Position numbers and translations under genes: made by a program. 64,000 nucleotides of DNA from Candidatus Dormiibacterota bacterium (GTDB lineage: Bacteria > Chloroflexota > Dormibacteria > Dormibacterales > Dormibacteraceae): NCBI GenBank assembly GCA_036570165.1, contig DATCPI010000116.1:28107-92106 (forward strand), read 5' to 3'. Shown in pieces: positions 1-9,347 of the stretch. The stretch's first letter is position 1; each line of letters begins with the position of its first letter. Under the pieces are notes generated by a model, which had not been told where the DNA came from, made no database searches, and was given only the letters and a program-made list of their open reading frames with translations.

Positions 1-2792
1 TCGATGAATTTGTCTGCGAGTTCGAGATCGCCCAAGACGAGCGCTGCCAACCCGCGGAGTCCGAGCAGCTCGCTGCGATTCCAGCGCTCTCCGCTCGTTT
101 CGCTCAGCTCGAGCGCCTGATCGATCGCTTGTGCGGCTTCAGCAAACCGTCCGGCAGAAATCAACGTGTAGCCCACAAATCGAAGCGCGCCGATGTGCTG
201 CTGGACGGCTCCTGCCTCCCGGGCGGCAGTTTCGTATTGGCGGAAGTAGTTTTCTGCCGCTGCGAGATCGCCTGGGTTCAAGAAGGTGGCGCCACGGTCG
301 CACATCAGACGGGTCGTGATACCTCTGAAGCCGTGTTTGGTGGCAAGGGCGTCGGCATCTACGAGGTGCCTCTCTGCGATGTGGGCGTTTCCCCGCATCG
401 TTTCGACATTCACCAGCCGCTCGGTGATCGCCGCCTCGCGAGCGACGTCTCCAATCGCCCGTGCTTGCTCGATCAATCGCTCGTTGATCTCGACGAACTC
501 GGTCAGGTGGCCGCTCGCATACTGGACGTTGCTCTGGACGTGACGGGCCTCGATCTCGCCGGGCAAGTCACTTGCTCTGCGGCAGGCGTCGACGGCCGCC
601 TCGAAGACTCGACTGAAATCCTCCATCGAGCCTTCGCCGGTCCAGTTGTAGATCCACGCCTCCGCGAGGCGCGCGGTGGCGACCAGCGGCAACAAACCAG
701 CTTCATCGGCCAGCGACGCCGCCTCAGCCGCGGCTTGACCGGCGGCGCCGTAGTCGCCTTTGATCACCAGCAGCTGAGCTTCGAGCAATCGGACTCGAGC
801 CCTGGTTTCGAGGCCGCCGCCATCTGGCAGCACGGCCAGCGCCGATCGAATTACGGTGAGGGCTGAGTCCACAACGCGGACTTCGTGGCGTGTGCGCGCC
901 CGATCGCCCATGGCCAGTGCCCACTCCACCGCTCGCAGCGCACGATTCGAAAGAACATCACCTTGCACACCGACCTCGTTCGACAGGGTGAAAGCTCTTT
1001 CGGCGTGGTGGGCGAGGATCTCGGTGAGCTGCGCTGCGTCACCCGCCTGACGCTCCAGCACGGTGCCGAATCGATCGTGAAGTGCTGCGCGTTCTGATTT
1101 CGGGAGCGAGCCGTAAGCCGCATCGCAGATGAGGAGGTGGCGAAAGGCAAGCTCGTCGTCGCCGCCGTCATCGCCGATCAACAATCCCTTCCGGCGCAGC
1201 GATTCGATTGTGTCATCCAACTCGTTGCCACCGGTCATTTCTTGCAATTGCCCGAGCTGAAATCGCTGTCCAATGATGCTCGCAGCCTGCAGCGCGTTCT
1301 TTTCCGAATCCGGCAGGCCATCGAGTCGAGCCGCAAGGACGGCGTTGATGCTCTGAGGCACGCGGATCTGGTCGATCGCACCGGTCGCGCGCCAGCTCAT
1401 CCCCTCGTGGACCAGATGCCCTTCATCGATGAGCATGTGGATGAACTCTTCGCAGAAAAGCGGTGTGCCAGCAGAGCGTTCGATGATCTGGGCGCGCAAG
1501 TCGGAGGGCAGGGCCTCGATCTCGAGGAGCCGGGAGATGAGAGTTCCTGTGTCATGCGGGCTCAGCGGATCGAGCGTGATGGTGGTGGCGTTTGGTTTGC
1601 CGGAGCTCCAGTCGCGCCGATGCTCGAGAAATTCGGGGCGGGCGATGCAGATGATGAGCATCGGGGCTGCGGCGACGCGCTCGACGAGCTGGTCGATCGT
1701 GGCCAAGACAGGCGGCTCCGCCCACTGAAGGTCGTCCACCACCACGATCAGCGGTGCTGCTTTTGCGAGCGCTTCGAGGTAGCGCCGGATGCCCCAGGCC
1801 AGCTCGCGCTCGACACGTTCGGGAGGAGTGTCGGGCATCACCGACTCGGGAGTCTCGAATCCCAGCATCACCGAAAGGCGCGCCCTGATGGCCGGCCGCT
1901 GCGGGTCGTCGCGCAGCAGCTCGCCGAGCCACCGATCCAGTTTCTGGATGGCCACGTCGCGCTCGTCCGACAGCGTGATTCCGGTGTCCTGGCGAAGGAT
2001 TTCGATGAGCGGCCAGTATGTTATGCCTCGTCCGTAGGGTAGGCATCGGCCCCGCACCACACGTGCACCGGAGTTCGCCAACGCCGAGATTGCCTCGCTG
2101 ACCAGGCGCGACTTTCCGACTCCAGCCGAACCCACCAGCGTGAAGAGGTGCGGCCTTCGATCTTCGGCGGTGCGAGCAAACGTGTCGAGCAGCAGGCGCA
2201 GCTCGCGGTCGCGTCCGACGAGCGCCGAATGCAGGCCGGGCACTCCGCGCGCTTGTTCCGGCACCTGTGTACGTGGCTGCACCGCACGAAATGCCACGAG
2301 CGGCGCCGGCTTGCCTTTTGCGGCGACCGGTTCGTGCGGCTCGTACTCGCTCACCTTGCGAGTGAGCTGCTCTGTCAGTGGGCCGACGATCACCTCACCC
2401 GGCTCAGCGCCCTGCTGAAGCCGGGCGGCGACGTTCACCGCGTCGCCACTGACCATGAACTGGCGGTCTTCCCTAGCCGCGGTCACCGCCTCGCCGGTGT
2501 TGACTCCGACGCGCACAGCGATCTCCGTCGCTCCGTCGCGGATCTCAAGAGCGGCCCGTACCGCCCGCTCCGCGTCGTCGTCATGAACGGTGGGGATGCC
2601 GAACACGACCATGGCCGAGTCACCGGCGAACTTTTCGACAGTGCCTCCGTAGGCTTCCGCCACCTCAGCGATGCGCTGGAAGTAGCGCGCCATCGTCCCG
2701 CGGATGACTTCGGGGTCGCTCTGCTCGGCGAGCGCGGTGGAGCCCACCACGTCGGCGAACAGGATCGTGACGACCTTACGCTGCTCGCGCAC
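1..2792 (-). CDS. Class III adenylate/guanylate cyclase domain fused to a STAND/AAA ATPase and a TPR-like helical C-terminal region (3' end runs off the window)
   Basis: My own reverse-strand translation from GTG (2792-2790; in-frame TAG four codons upstream) stays open to position 1, which is why it is absent from the ORF track. N-terminus VREQRKVVTILFADVVGSTALAE...KFAGDSAMVVFG is cyclase-like. It is followed by LVGRDRELRLL...FTLVGSAGVGKSRL (P-loop), IVVVDDLQWAE (Walker B-like) and then helical repeats. The + strand ORFs 129-866, 1137-2042 and 2148-2825 are antisense shadows. Confidence 0.8.
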   Translation of the reverse strand, partial: MREQRKVVTILFADVVGSTALAEQSDPEVIRGTMARYFQRIAEVAEAYGGTVEKFAGDSAMVVFGIPTVHDDDAERAVRAALEIRDGATEIAVRVGVNTGEAVTAAREDRQFMVSGDAVNVAARLQQGAEPGEVIVGPLTEQLTRKVSEYEPHEPVAAKGKPAPLVAFRAVQPRTQVPEQARGVPGLHSALVGRDRELRLLLDTFARTAEDRRPHLFTLVGSAGVGKSRLVSEAISALANSGARVVRGRCLPYGRGITYWPLIEILRQDTGITLSDERDVAIQKLDRWLGELLRDDPQRPAIRARLSVMLGFETPESVMPDTPPERVERELAWGIRRYLEALAKAAPLIVVVDDLQWAEPPVLATIDQLVERVAAAPMLIICIARPEFLEHRRDWSSGKPNATTITLDPLSPHDTGTLISRLLEIEALPSDLRAQIIERSAGTPLFCEEFIHMLIDEGHLVHEGMSWRATGAIDQIRVPQSINAVLAARLDGLPDSEKNALQAASIIGQRFQLGQLQEMTGGNELDDTIESLRRKGLLIGDDGGDDELAFRHLLICDAAYGSLPKSERAALHDRFGTVLERQAGDAAQLTEILAHHAERAFTLSNEVGVQGDVLSNRALRAVEWALAMGDRARTRHEVRVVDSALTVIRSALAVLPDGGGLETRARVRLLEAQLLVIKGDYGAAGQAAAEAASLADEAGLLPLVATARLAEAWIYNWTGEGSMEDFSRVFEAAVDACRRASDLPGEIEARHVQSNVQYASGHLTEFVEINERLIEQARAIGDVAREAAITERLVNVETMRGNAHIAERHLVDADALATKHGFRGITTRLMCDRGATFLNPGDLAAAENYFRQYETAAREAGAVQQHIGALRFVGYTLISAGRFAEAAQAIDQALELSETSGERWNRSELLGLRGLAALVLGDLELADKFI

Positions 2793-2813
2793 GGTCCGAT
2801 GCTAACCTCGGGA

Positions 2814-3224
2814 TCAAGCTCCTGACCATCCGGTCACGCGATCGAGGTGGAACGCGACGACAGGGCCGGCCGGGCGCTCGCGTCGGTGCTGCTCGTATTT
2901 GTTCGCGAGGAGCCCGATAGCGCGTTCGGCCTCCGCGCTGTCGGTGATCACTCGGGCCGTACCGTCGGCACGAACCCACCAGAGCATGGTCCAGTCGTCC
3001 TCGTAGTGATCCGCGAGAACCGAGACCGCGGGATTGGCCGCGATGTTCTTCAATCGCTTGAGGTTCGTCGTCGTTTTTGGTTTGGCGTCGACTGCGAAGT
3101 AAAGGGTCTCTGCATCGATGGCAAAAACAATCGGCACGATGTGAGGCAGGCCCTCCTTAGTTACCGTCGCCAGGCGAGCTACGGCCGAGCTGGAAAGGCG
3201 CCGCATGGCTTCTGCGGGTTCCAC
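2814..3224 (-). CDS. PPOX-class (pyridoxamine 5'-phosphate oxidase-like), probably F420-dependent oxidoreductase family protein
   Basis: ARLATVTKEGLPHIVPIVFAIDAETLYFAVDAKPKTTTNLKRLKNIAANPAVSVLADHYEDDWTMLWWVRADG matches the split-barrel PPOX/Rv0121-like pattern. The ORF extends to TTG 3275, but that would overlap the divergent gene starting at 3270. I prefer GTG 3224 (alternative ATG 3206). Confidence 0.65.
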   Translation of the reverse strand: MEPAEAMRRLSSSAVARLATVTKEGLPHIVPIVFAIDAETLYFAVDAKPKTTTNLKRLKNIAANPAVSVLADHYEDDWTMLWWVRADGTARVITDSAEAERAIGLLANKYEQHRRERPAGPVVAFHLDRVTGWSGA

Positions 3225-3269
3225 GCTGTCAAGTGTGGACGCTGCCCCATTTCGGATTATCGTTGAGCG

Positions 3270-3674
3270 GTGCAAAGGCTTCGCACGTACACGGTCGAGG
3301 AGGCGAACAACGAGCTGCCTCGCGTACAGAGAATCGTCGCGCAGATCGCGGAGCTTTCGGCTCTATTGCCTGAGCTAGAGGACCAGGCTCGCATCGCGGA
3401 GTACGAATCCAAGCGGCCGGTGGCCGGCACCGACGATCGCGAGCGCTATCAGCAGTCGCGCGATGCGGTCAGCGGCGCAGAGCTCGAGCTGCTCAAAGCG
3501 GTCGCGAGCTTGAACGGCATGGGCATCCAGCTCAAAGGCCCGCTCGAAGGACTGATCGATTTTCCCTCCTACCGCGACGGCGAGCTCGTCGAGCTGTGCT
3601 GGAAGTTGGGCGAGGAGCGAGTCGAGCACTGGCACCACGTCGGCGAAGGCTTCGCCGGCCGAAAAAAGCTTTAG
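3270..3674 (+). CDS. DUF2203 family protein
   Basis: YTVEEANNELPRV... and GIQLKGPLEGLIDFPSYRDGELVELCWKLGEERVEHWHHVGEGFAGRKKL fit the DUF2203 pattern. Confidence 0.65.
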   Translation: MQRLRTYTVEEANNELPRVQRIVAQIAELSALLPELEDQARIAEYESKRPVAGTDDRERYQQSRDAVSGAELELLKAVASLNGMGIQLKGPLEGLIDFPSYRDGELVELCWKLGEERVEHWHHVGEGFAGRKKL

Positions 3675-3855
3675 AGGCGCGGCCTGAAAGCCCTCGACGG
3701 ATCTTCGGCGCCCATGCGGCCCATCTCCGGGTTCAGCTCCTGCGCTGCTCGCTTACGAATACACGATGCGCTCGCTGCGCTGCTCGTCGCTTCACCCGGA
3801 TCTGAGCCACCTGGATCGCCGAATCTCTCGCCGAGGGTTTCGGCCGCGCCTCTAA
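3671..3855. repeat. Intergenic element with ~33-nt imperfect terminal inverted repeats between convergent genes
   Basis: The left arm is TTAGAGGCGCGGCCTGAAAGCCCTCGACGGATCTT (3671-3705). The reverse complement of the right arm (3822-3855) is TTAGAGGCGCGGCCGAAACCCTCGGCGAGAGATT. The outer 14 nt are perfect, and both arms include the stop codons of the flanking genes. Confidence 0.6.
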
Positions 3856-5741
3856 GCCTCCGTCACCTTCTTCCCAACAGATCCCTTCACGGCTTCGAAT
3901 ACCGACTTTGCGACGCCCGCCGCATCCAACCCATGCTCCTTGAGGATGTCCGAAGCTCTGCCCTGTGGCAGGAACTGATCGGGTAGCGCAAGAGTCCGCA
4001 CTCGCCCGGCCAGCCCGTGCGGAGCCAGCGCTTCGAGCACCGCGCCGCCAAAGCCTCCGGTGCCGACGTTGTCCTCGACCGTCATGACCACCCGATGCCT
4101 GCGCGCCCATTCGGTGATGCGAGGGTCGACTGGCTTAACCCATCGGGCATTGACGACGGCGCAGGAGACGCCTTGCATGTCCAGCCGCTCGGCCGCCTCC
4201 TTGGCGACCTCCACCATGCGGCCCACCGCGAAGATGACCGCGTCGTCACCCTTGCGCAGCTCCTCCCAACGGCCGACCGGTAGAGGCTCCACCGGCAAAT
4301 CCGGCGTCGCCGGCACCGGGCCCTTGGGGTAGCGGATCGCGACGGGGCCGTCAAGTGCGAGGGCAGTCTCCAGGAGTGCGCACAGCTCCGTCGCGTCAGC
4401 GGGCGCGGCGATCTTCAAGTTGGGGATGAGCCGCAGGAAGGACAGATCGAAGATTCCATGGTGTGAAGAGCCGTCCGGACCTGTCACGCCGGCGCGGTCG
4501 ATCACGAAAACCACCGGCAGCTTGTGCATCGCGACGTCCATCAGCGTCTGATCGAATGCGCGGGCGAGAAAAGTCGAGTAGATGCAGACCACCGGATGCA
4601 TGCCGGCCATCGCGAGCCCCGCTGCGAATGTGACCGCATGCTGCTCGCAGATGCCGACATCGAAGAACCGATCGGGGAATTCTTTCGCGAAGTTCAGAAG
4701 ACCGGTTGACGAAGCCATCGCCGCGGTGATCGCGCAAACCTCTGGACGTCTCGCCGCTGCAGTCATCAGAGCTTCACCGAAGACGTCCGTGTAGCTGACC
4801 TCGGTCGAGCGCGGACGGCCCGTCAACGGATCGAACGCCGACACGCCGTGCAGCTTGTCGACCTCATCCTCAACGGCAGGACCGTAGCCGTGGCCTTTCT
4901 CGGTGACCACGTGAACGACGACCGGCTCGCGAAGCTTCTTCGCGCGCGACAGCATCACCTCGAGTGCTGCCTCATCGTGGCCATCGACGAGTCCTGCGTA
5001 CTTGATGCCGAGGCTCTCGAAGATCGTCGACGGCTGAAGGAGCTGCTTCAAACCTTCCTTGACGCGATACGCGGCCTGGTCGGCGGTCGAGCCGACGAGC
5101 GGAAGGTCGCGGAGCAATCGCGAGATGTCGTCTTTGATCCGCTCGTAACGCGGGTCGACACGGAGCTGCGACAGGTGCCGCGCAAGGCCGCCGACGGTCG
5201 GCGCATACGAGCGGCCGTTGTCATTGATCACTATCACCAGGTTCGGCGGCTGAAGGTGGGCGATCTGGTTGAGTGCCTCATACGCCATGCCGCCGGTCAG
5301 CGCGCCGTCGCCGATGATCGCGACCACGTGGCCCCCGACGCGCTTGCGCAGCCGAGCCTCGGCGATGCCCAGCGCATAGCTGAGCGACGTCGACGCGTGG
5401 CTGTTCTCCACCAGGTCATGAGCGGACTCCTTGCGCGATGGATAGCCGGACAGGCCGCCGGCCTGCCGCAGCCGCGCAAAGTCCTTCGACCTACCCGTCA
5501 CGATCTTGTGGACATACGCCTGGTGACCGGTGTCCCAGACGATCGCGTCCTTCGGGCTGTCGAACACCCTGTGCAGGGCGAACGTGAGCTCAACCACACC
5601 GAGGTTCGGTGACAGGTGACCGCCGGTCTTCGAGGTCTGCTCGACGAGGAACTCACGAACTTCCTGGGCCAGCTCCGACAGATGCGTCTGGTCGAGCGCG
5701 CGAAGGTCGGCGGGCGAGTTGATGGTCTCGAGGATGCCCAT
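3852..5741 (-). CDS. dxs: 1-deoxy-D-xylulose-5-phosphate synthase
   Basis: Shows the typical Dxs N-terminus MGILETINSPADLRAL and the TPP motif GDGALTGGMAYEALN, with transketolase-like middle and C-terminal domains. I moved the start to ATG 5741 because the longer ORF (5792) would overlap the pepA stop at 5750. Confidence 0.95.
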   Translation of the reverse strand: MGILETINSPADLRALDQTHLSELAQEVREFLVEQTSKTGGHLSPNLGVVELTFALHRVFDSPKDAIVWDTGHQAYVHKIVTGRSKDFARLRQAGGLSGYPSRKESAHDLVENSHASTSLSYALGIAEARLRKRVGGHVVAIIGDGALTGGMAYEALNQIAHLQPPNLVIVINDNGRSYAPTVGGLARHLSQLRVDPRYERIKDDISRLLRDLPLVGSTADQAAYRVKEGLKQLLQPSTIFESLGIKYAGLVDGHDEAALEVMLSRAKKLREPVVVHVVTEKGHGYGPAVEDEVDKLHGVSAFDPLTGRPRSTEVSYTDVFGEALMTAAARRPEVCAITAAMASSTGLLNFAKEFPDRFFDVGICEQHAVTFAAGLAMAGMHPVVCIYSTFLARAFDQTLMDVAMHKLPVVFVIDRAGVTGPDGSSHHGIFDLSFLRLIPNLKIAAPADATELCALLETALALDGPVAIRYPKGPVPATPDLPVEPLPVGRWEELRKGDDAVIFAVGRMVEVAKEAAERLDMQGVSCAVVNARWVKPVDPRITEWARRHRVVMTVEDNVGTGGFGGAVLEALAPHGLAGRVRTLALPDQFLPQGRASDILKEHGLDAAGVAKSVFEAVKGSVGKKVTEA

Positions 5742-5749
5742 CGGGTGCT

Positions 5750-7258
5750 CTAACGCTCCGCGCCTGACATCAGTTCCGCGAGCGCGATGCACAGCCTGGT
5801 CCCGGCTCCACTCGGGCCGCGCAGCACCGTTGTCAGCTCAGTGTTCGTGTTCCAGCTTGACGAGGCGATGTCCAGGTGCGCCCAGGGTTTTCCTCCGGCG
5901 AACTCGCCGATGAACATGCCACCCAGGATGGTTCCGGCCTCGCCGTACTCGGCGTTGCGCAGATCCGCGATCTGGCTGCGAAGAAGGACCCGGTAATCGG
6001 CGTAGATCGGCAGCCGCCACACCCGGTCTCCGGCCTCCGCCGCGGCGCGTTCGACCAGGGCCCAGAAGGTGTCGTCGTTGCTGACCGCCGCCGTCGCGGC
6101 ATGCCCGATCGCGATCTTGGCCGCGCCGGTCAACGTCGCCAGGTCGAGGATGTGGGTCGCGCCGTTGCGCAGCGCGTGGGTCAGCGCGTCGGCGAGAACC
6201 AGCCGCCCTTCGGCATCGGTGTTGACGATCTCGACGGTCTTGCCGTCAGCGCTGACCTGCACGTCTCCGGGCCGCTGTGCCGACGGCCCAGGCATGTTCT
6301 CGGTCGCGGCGATGACCGCCATGACATCCAGCGGTACTTTGCGCGCGGCGATCACGTCGATGGCCGACAGCACCGCCGCGGCACCCGCCATGTCGGACTT
6401 CATCATGCTCATGCTTTCGGCCGGCTTGATCGAGATTCCGCCCGAATCGAACGTGACGCCCTTGCCCACAAGGGCCAGCGCAGGAGCTCCGCCGTCGGCA
6501 TGGCCGCCCGGACGCCCGCCGCGATGGCGCAGGCGGATCAGGCGCGGAGGCTTCGCCGAGCCTGACGCAACACCGAGTAACAGGTTGTAGCCTCCGGTTC
6601 GCAGCTCGGCCGGCCCCAGCACCTCGATCTCGAGCCCGTGCCTCTGCGCGATCCGAGTCGCCTCCTCGGCCAGCGCCTCCGGCGTCAGCTCATTCGGCGG
6701 TGCGTTCTGCCATTCACGCGCGCGGTTGGTGGCCTCGCCGTTCTCCTGCGCGGCGACAACCTCGTGCTCGCGACCGAGCCCGAAGCCGGTCAGGACGAGC
6801 TCCTCGATCTCGCGTCGTTCCGGCTGCGCACCCGTCTGCCGCGAGCGCCGCTCGAAGGTGCCCATGACGCAGCCCTCGACCACTGCTTTCAATGTGTGTA
6901 TGGCCAGCGGGGGGTCGGCGCGGACAAGACCGATGCGCTTGTAGCCGTAGGTGCGTGAAGCGCGAATCAGCTCGTGGTGGGCAGAGCGCAGCCGCTGGCC
7001 GTCGAGGTCGTTTATGGCTCCGACTCCATAGAGGATCACCCGTCGGGGTCCCGCCTTGCTGCCATGTACTGGCACAGGGAGGACCTCATGGATTCGGCCG
7101 CGGAACTCGGCGCTGGCGATCATCTCGGAAAGCACTCCACCGAGCGCCTTGTCCAGCTCGAGGCTGGCGCCCGACAGCCGCTGGCCGGTGGCGACCGCGA
7201 CCGCAAGGGCGTCGACCGGGAGCTCGGCAGGCGGTGTTGCGACGAGGCTGATCTTCAC
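5750..7258 (-). CDS. pepA: Leucyl aminopeptidase (M17 family)
   Basis: Carries VGKGVTFDSGGISIKP and the M17 signature NTDAEGRLVLADAL. Confidence 0.9.
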   Translation of the reverse strand: MKISLVATPPAELPVDALAVAVATGQRLSGASLELDKALGGVLSEMIASAEFRGRIHEVLPVPVHGSKAGPRRVILYGVGAINDLDGQRLRSAHHELIRASRTYGYKRIGLVRADPPLAIHTLKAVVEGCVMGTFERRSRQTGAQPERREIEELVLTGFGLGREHEVVAAQENGEATNRAREWQNAPPNELTPEALAEEATRIAQRHGLEIEVLGPAELRTGGYNLLLGVASGSAKPPRLIRLRHRGGRPGGHADGGAPALALVGKGVTFDSGGISIKPAESMSMMKSDMAGAAAVLSAIDVIAARKVPLDVMAVIAATENMPGPSAQRPGDVQVSADGKTVEIVNTDAEGRLVLADALTHALRNGATHILDLATLTGAAKIAIGHAATAAVSNDDTFWALVERAAAEAGDRVWRLPIYADYRVLLRSQIADLRNAEYGEAGTILGGMFIGEFAGGKPWAHLDIASSSWNTNTELTTVLRGPSGAGTRLCIALAELMSGAER

Positions 7259-7277
7259 GAAACGCTAAGCCTACCGA

Positions 7278-9347
7278 TCAGACCAGGTGCTCCGCGACCA
7301 GCTCCAGCACGTGGGCCACGCGCAGGTCGATGCGGCGCTGGCGCGCCGCCGCCTCTATGTGCATCAGGCAGCCAGGATTGTCCGACGCGACCACCGTGCA
7401 GCCCGTCTTGGCGATGGCGTCCAGCTTCCACTGCGCAAGCCGCCCCGCGACGCGCGGCCATTCGAGGCTGAAGGTGCCGCCGAACCCGCAGCAGTTGGCG
7501 ATATCCGGGATGTCGACCACCTCGTAGCCGGCAAGCTCGAGCAGGCGGCGCGGCTCGCTCTTGAGACCCAGCTGGCGCAGGCTCTGGCACGAGTCGTGGT
7601 AGGCCACCTTCAGGCTCATCCGGTTCCCGTCGACGAGTCCCGGGTTGCGGTCCAGGACGTCGAGGACGAACCGTGTGGAGTCGCGCATCCTGGAGCGCAG
7701 GTCACTCGAGGCCGGAGTGCCCCAGTCGGCGGCGTCGATCGTGAACGCGCCGAAGCACGAAGCGGAAGGCGTGACGATCAACCCCTTGGAATCTCCAAGA
7801 CTCTCGGCCAGGCTCGAGTGAAGGGCGGCTCCACCCTCGAAGTCGCCGGCGTTGGCGGCGATCAGGCCGCAGCACCACTGACCCTTGGGAAAACCAACCT
7901 TGAAGCCAGCCGCCGTGGCGATCCGCTCCAGCGCCACCGCCGCCTGAGGCCGAACCCGGTCGACCATGCAGGAGGCGAAGATCGTGAGCGGCTCGCCGTC
8001 CACCTCGCTCGGAGCGACGGTGTCGCGATAGGGGACGCGAGCGAGCGTGGGCGTGCCCGGCACCAGCCCGCTGAAAGGCGCGCCTGCTCGCAGCACACGG
8101 TCGGCCAGCTCCGGGCGCTTCCACAGGCCAAGCACGGCCTTCTTGCGCAGCGACTTGCGACCTTTCTTGCGGTGCTCGAGGATCTGCCGCGGCAGTGGGA
8201 TGTCGACGGGGCAGATCTCCTGGCAAGCGTTGCACTGGGTGCAGAGGGTGTTGGGCAGGTCGGCCGCCTCGAGCCCGTGGTGGAAGGGCGTGAGGACGAG
8301 CCCGATCGGGCCGTTGTAGATGTGGCCGAACTGATGGCCGCCCACGGCCATGAAGGGAGGACAGGCGTTGGAGCACGCGCCGCAGCGGATGCAGGTCAGC
8401 GCCTCGCGGAACAGGGGGTCGGCGCGCATCTCCTCGCGCCCGTTGTCGAGGATCACGCAGTGCATCTCGCGTGGACCATGGACTCCGATCGTCAGCGACT
8501 GCTCGATGTCGGCTGACCGCGACGGACCGGTGATCCAGTTCACATAGCTGGTCATCACCTGGCCTGTGCCGCTGCGGGGCAGCATTCGAAGCACCGCCAC
8601 CGCGTCGTCGAGCGTGGCCACCACCTTGTCCGCGCCAAAGAGCGCGATGTGCACCGGCGGGAGAGTCGTGGTGAGGTCGGCGTTGCCCTCGTTCGTGACC
8701 AGGACGATGGTCCCCGTCTCGGCGATCGCCATGTTGGCGCCGCTGATGCCGACGGCGGCGTCGATGAACTTCTGGCGCAGCGATTGCCGCGCGTGCTGCT
8801 GGATCGCCTCGACCGTCGGCTCCGTGCCGAATACGTTGGCCGCGTCCTCCTTCGTCAGGTGAATCGCCGGCGCGATCAGGTGCGACGGATGCGTGTGCGT
8901 CAGCTGCACCATTCGCTCGCCCAGGTCGGTCTCGACGACCTCCATGCCCAGCGCTTCCAGGTACGGGTTCAGCTCGATCTCCTCGCCGGCCATGGTCTTG
9001 ACCTTGGTCACCACCATGCGCCCGCCGCCAGAGCGGGAGCTCCCGGCGTTCCAGCAGATCTGGGCGATGATGTCGCGCGCCTCTTTAGCGTCCTTGGCGA
9101 AGTGGACCTTGCCGCCGACCGCCTCCAGCCGTTGCGTGAACTGTTCGACGAGCTCGGGCAATCGCTCGAGGTTGGCCCGTCGCCGCCGTTTCAAATCGGC
9201 GCGGCCCTTGGCGAAGTCGAAGCTCTCGAAGGCCGTATCGCGCCGGGTACGGAGGCCGGTCATGGCGTGGATCAGCGCTCGCTGCAGGTCCGGGTCGTTT
9301 AGAGCCTTGTTGACCCGGCGTGAAAAGTGCCGCCGGGATTCAGGCAC
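7278..9347 (-). CDS. LutB-like (LUD domain + 2x[4Fe-4S]) fused to a LutA/GlcF-like CCG-domain Fe-S oxidoreductase
   Basis: The N-terminus RRVNKALNDPDLQRAL plus a LUD/DUF162-like region is followed by CIRCGACSNACP and CTQCNACQEICP. The C-terminal half carries two CCG motifs (GQWCCGLIAANAG, ANCCGFGGTFS). GTG start. Confidence 0.8.
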   Translation of the reverse strand: MPESRRHFSRRVNKALNDPDLQRALIHAMTGLRTRRDTAFESFDFAKGRADLKRRRRANLERLPELVEQFTQRLEAVGGKVHFAKDAKEARDIIAQICWNAGSSRSGGGRMVVTKVKTMAGEEIELNPYLEALGMEVVETDLGERMVQLTHTHPSHLIAPAIHLTKEDAANVFGTEPTVEAIQQHARQSLRQKFIDAAVGISGANMAIAETGTIVLVTNEGNADLTTTLPPVHIALFGADKVVATLDDAVAVLRMLPRSGTGQVMTSYVNWITGPSRSADIEQSLTIGVHGPREMHCVILDNGREEMRADPLFREALTCIRCGACSNACPPFMAVGGHQFGHIYNGPIGLVLTPFHHGLEAADLPNTLCTQCNACQEICPVDIPLPRQILEHRKKGRKSLRKKAVLGLWKRPELADRVLRAGAPFSGLVPGTPTLARVPYRDTVAPSEVDGEPLTIFASCMVDRVRPQAAVALERIATAAGFKVGFPKGQWCCGLIAANAGDFEGGAALHSSLAESLGDSKGLIVTPSASCFGAFTIDAADWGTPASSDLRSRMRDSTRFVLDVLDRNPGLVDGNRMSLKVAYHDSCQSLRQLGLKSEPRRLLELAGYEVVDIPDIANCCGFGGTFSLEWPRVAGRLAQWKLDAIAKTGCTVVASDNPGCLMHIEAAARQRRIDLRVAHVLELVAEHLV

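Noticed and set aside
129-2825. Large + strand ORFs (129-866, 1137-2042, 2148-2825) that look like genes
   Set aside because: They are antisense to a continuous - strand cyclase/ATPase/TPR reading frame with clear motifs. Their translations are Arg/Gly/Asp-rich with no recognisable motifs, which is typical of high-GC shadow ORFs.
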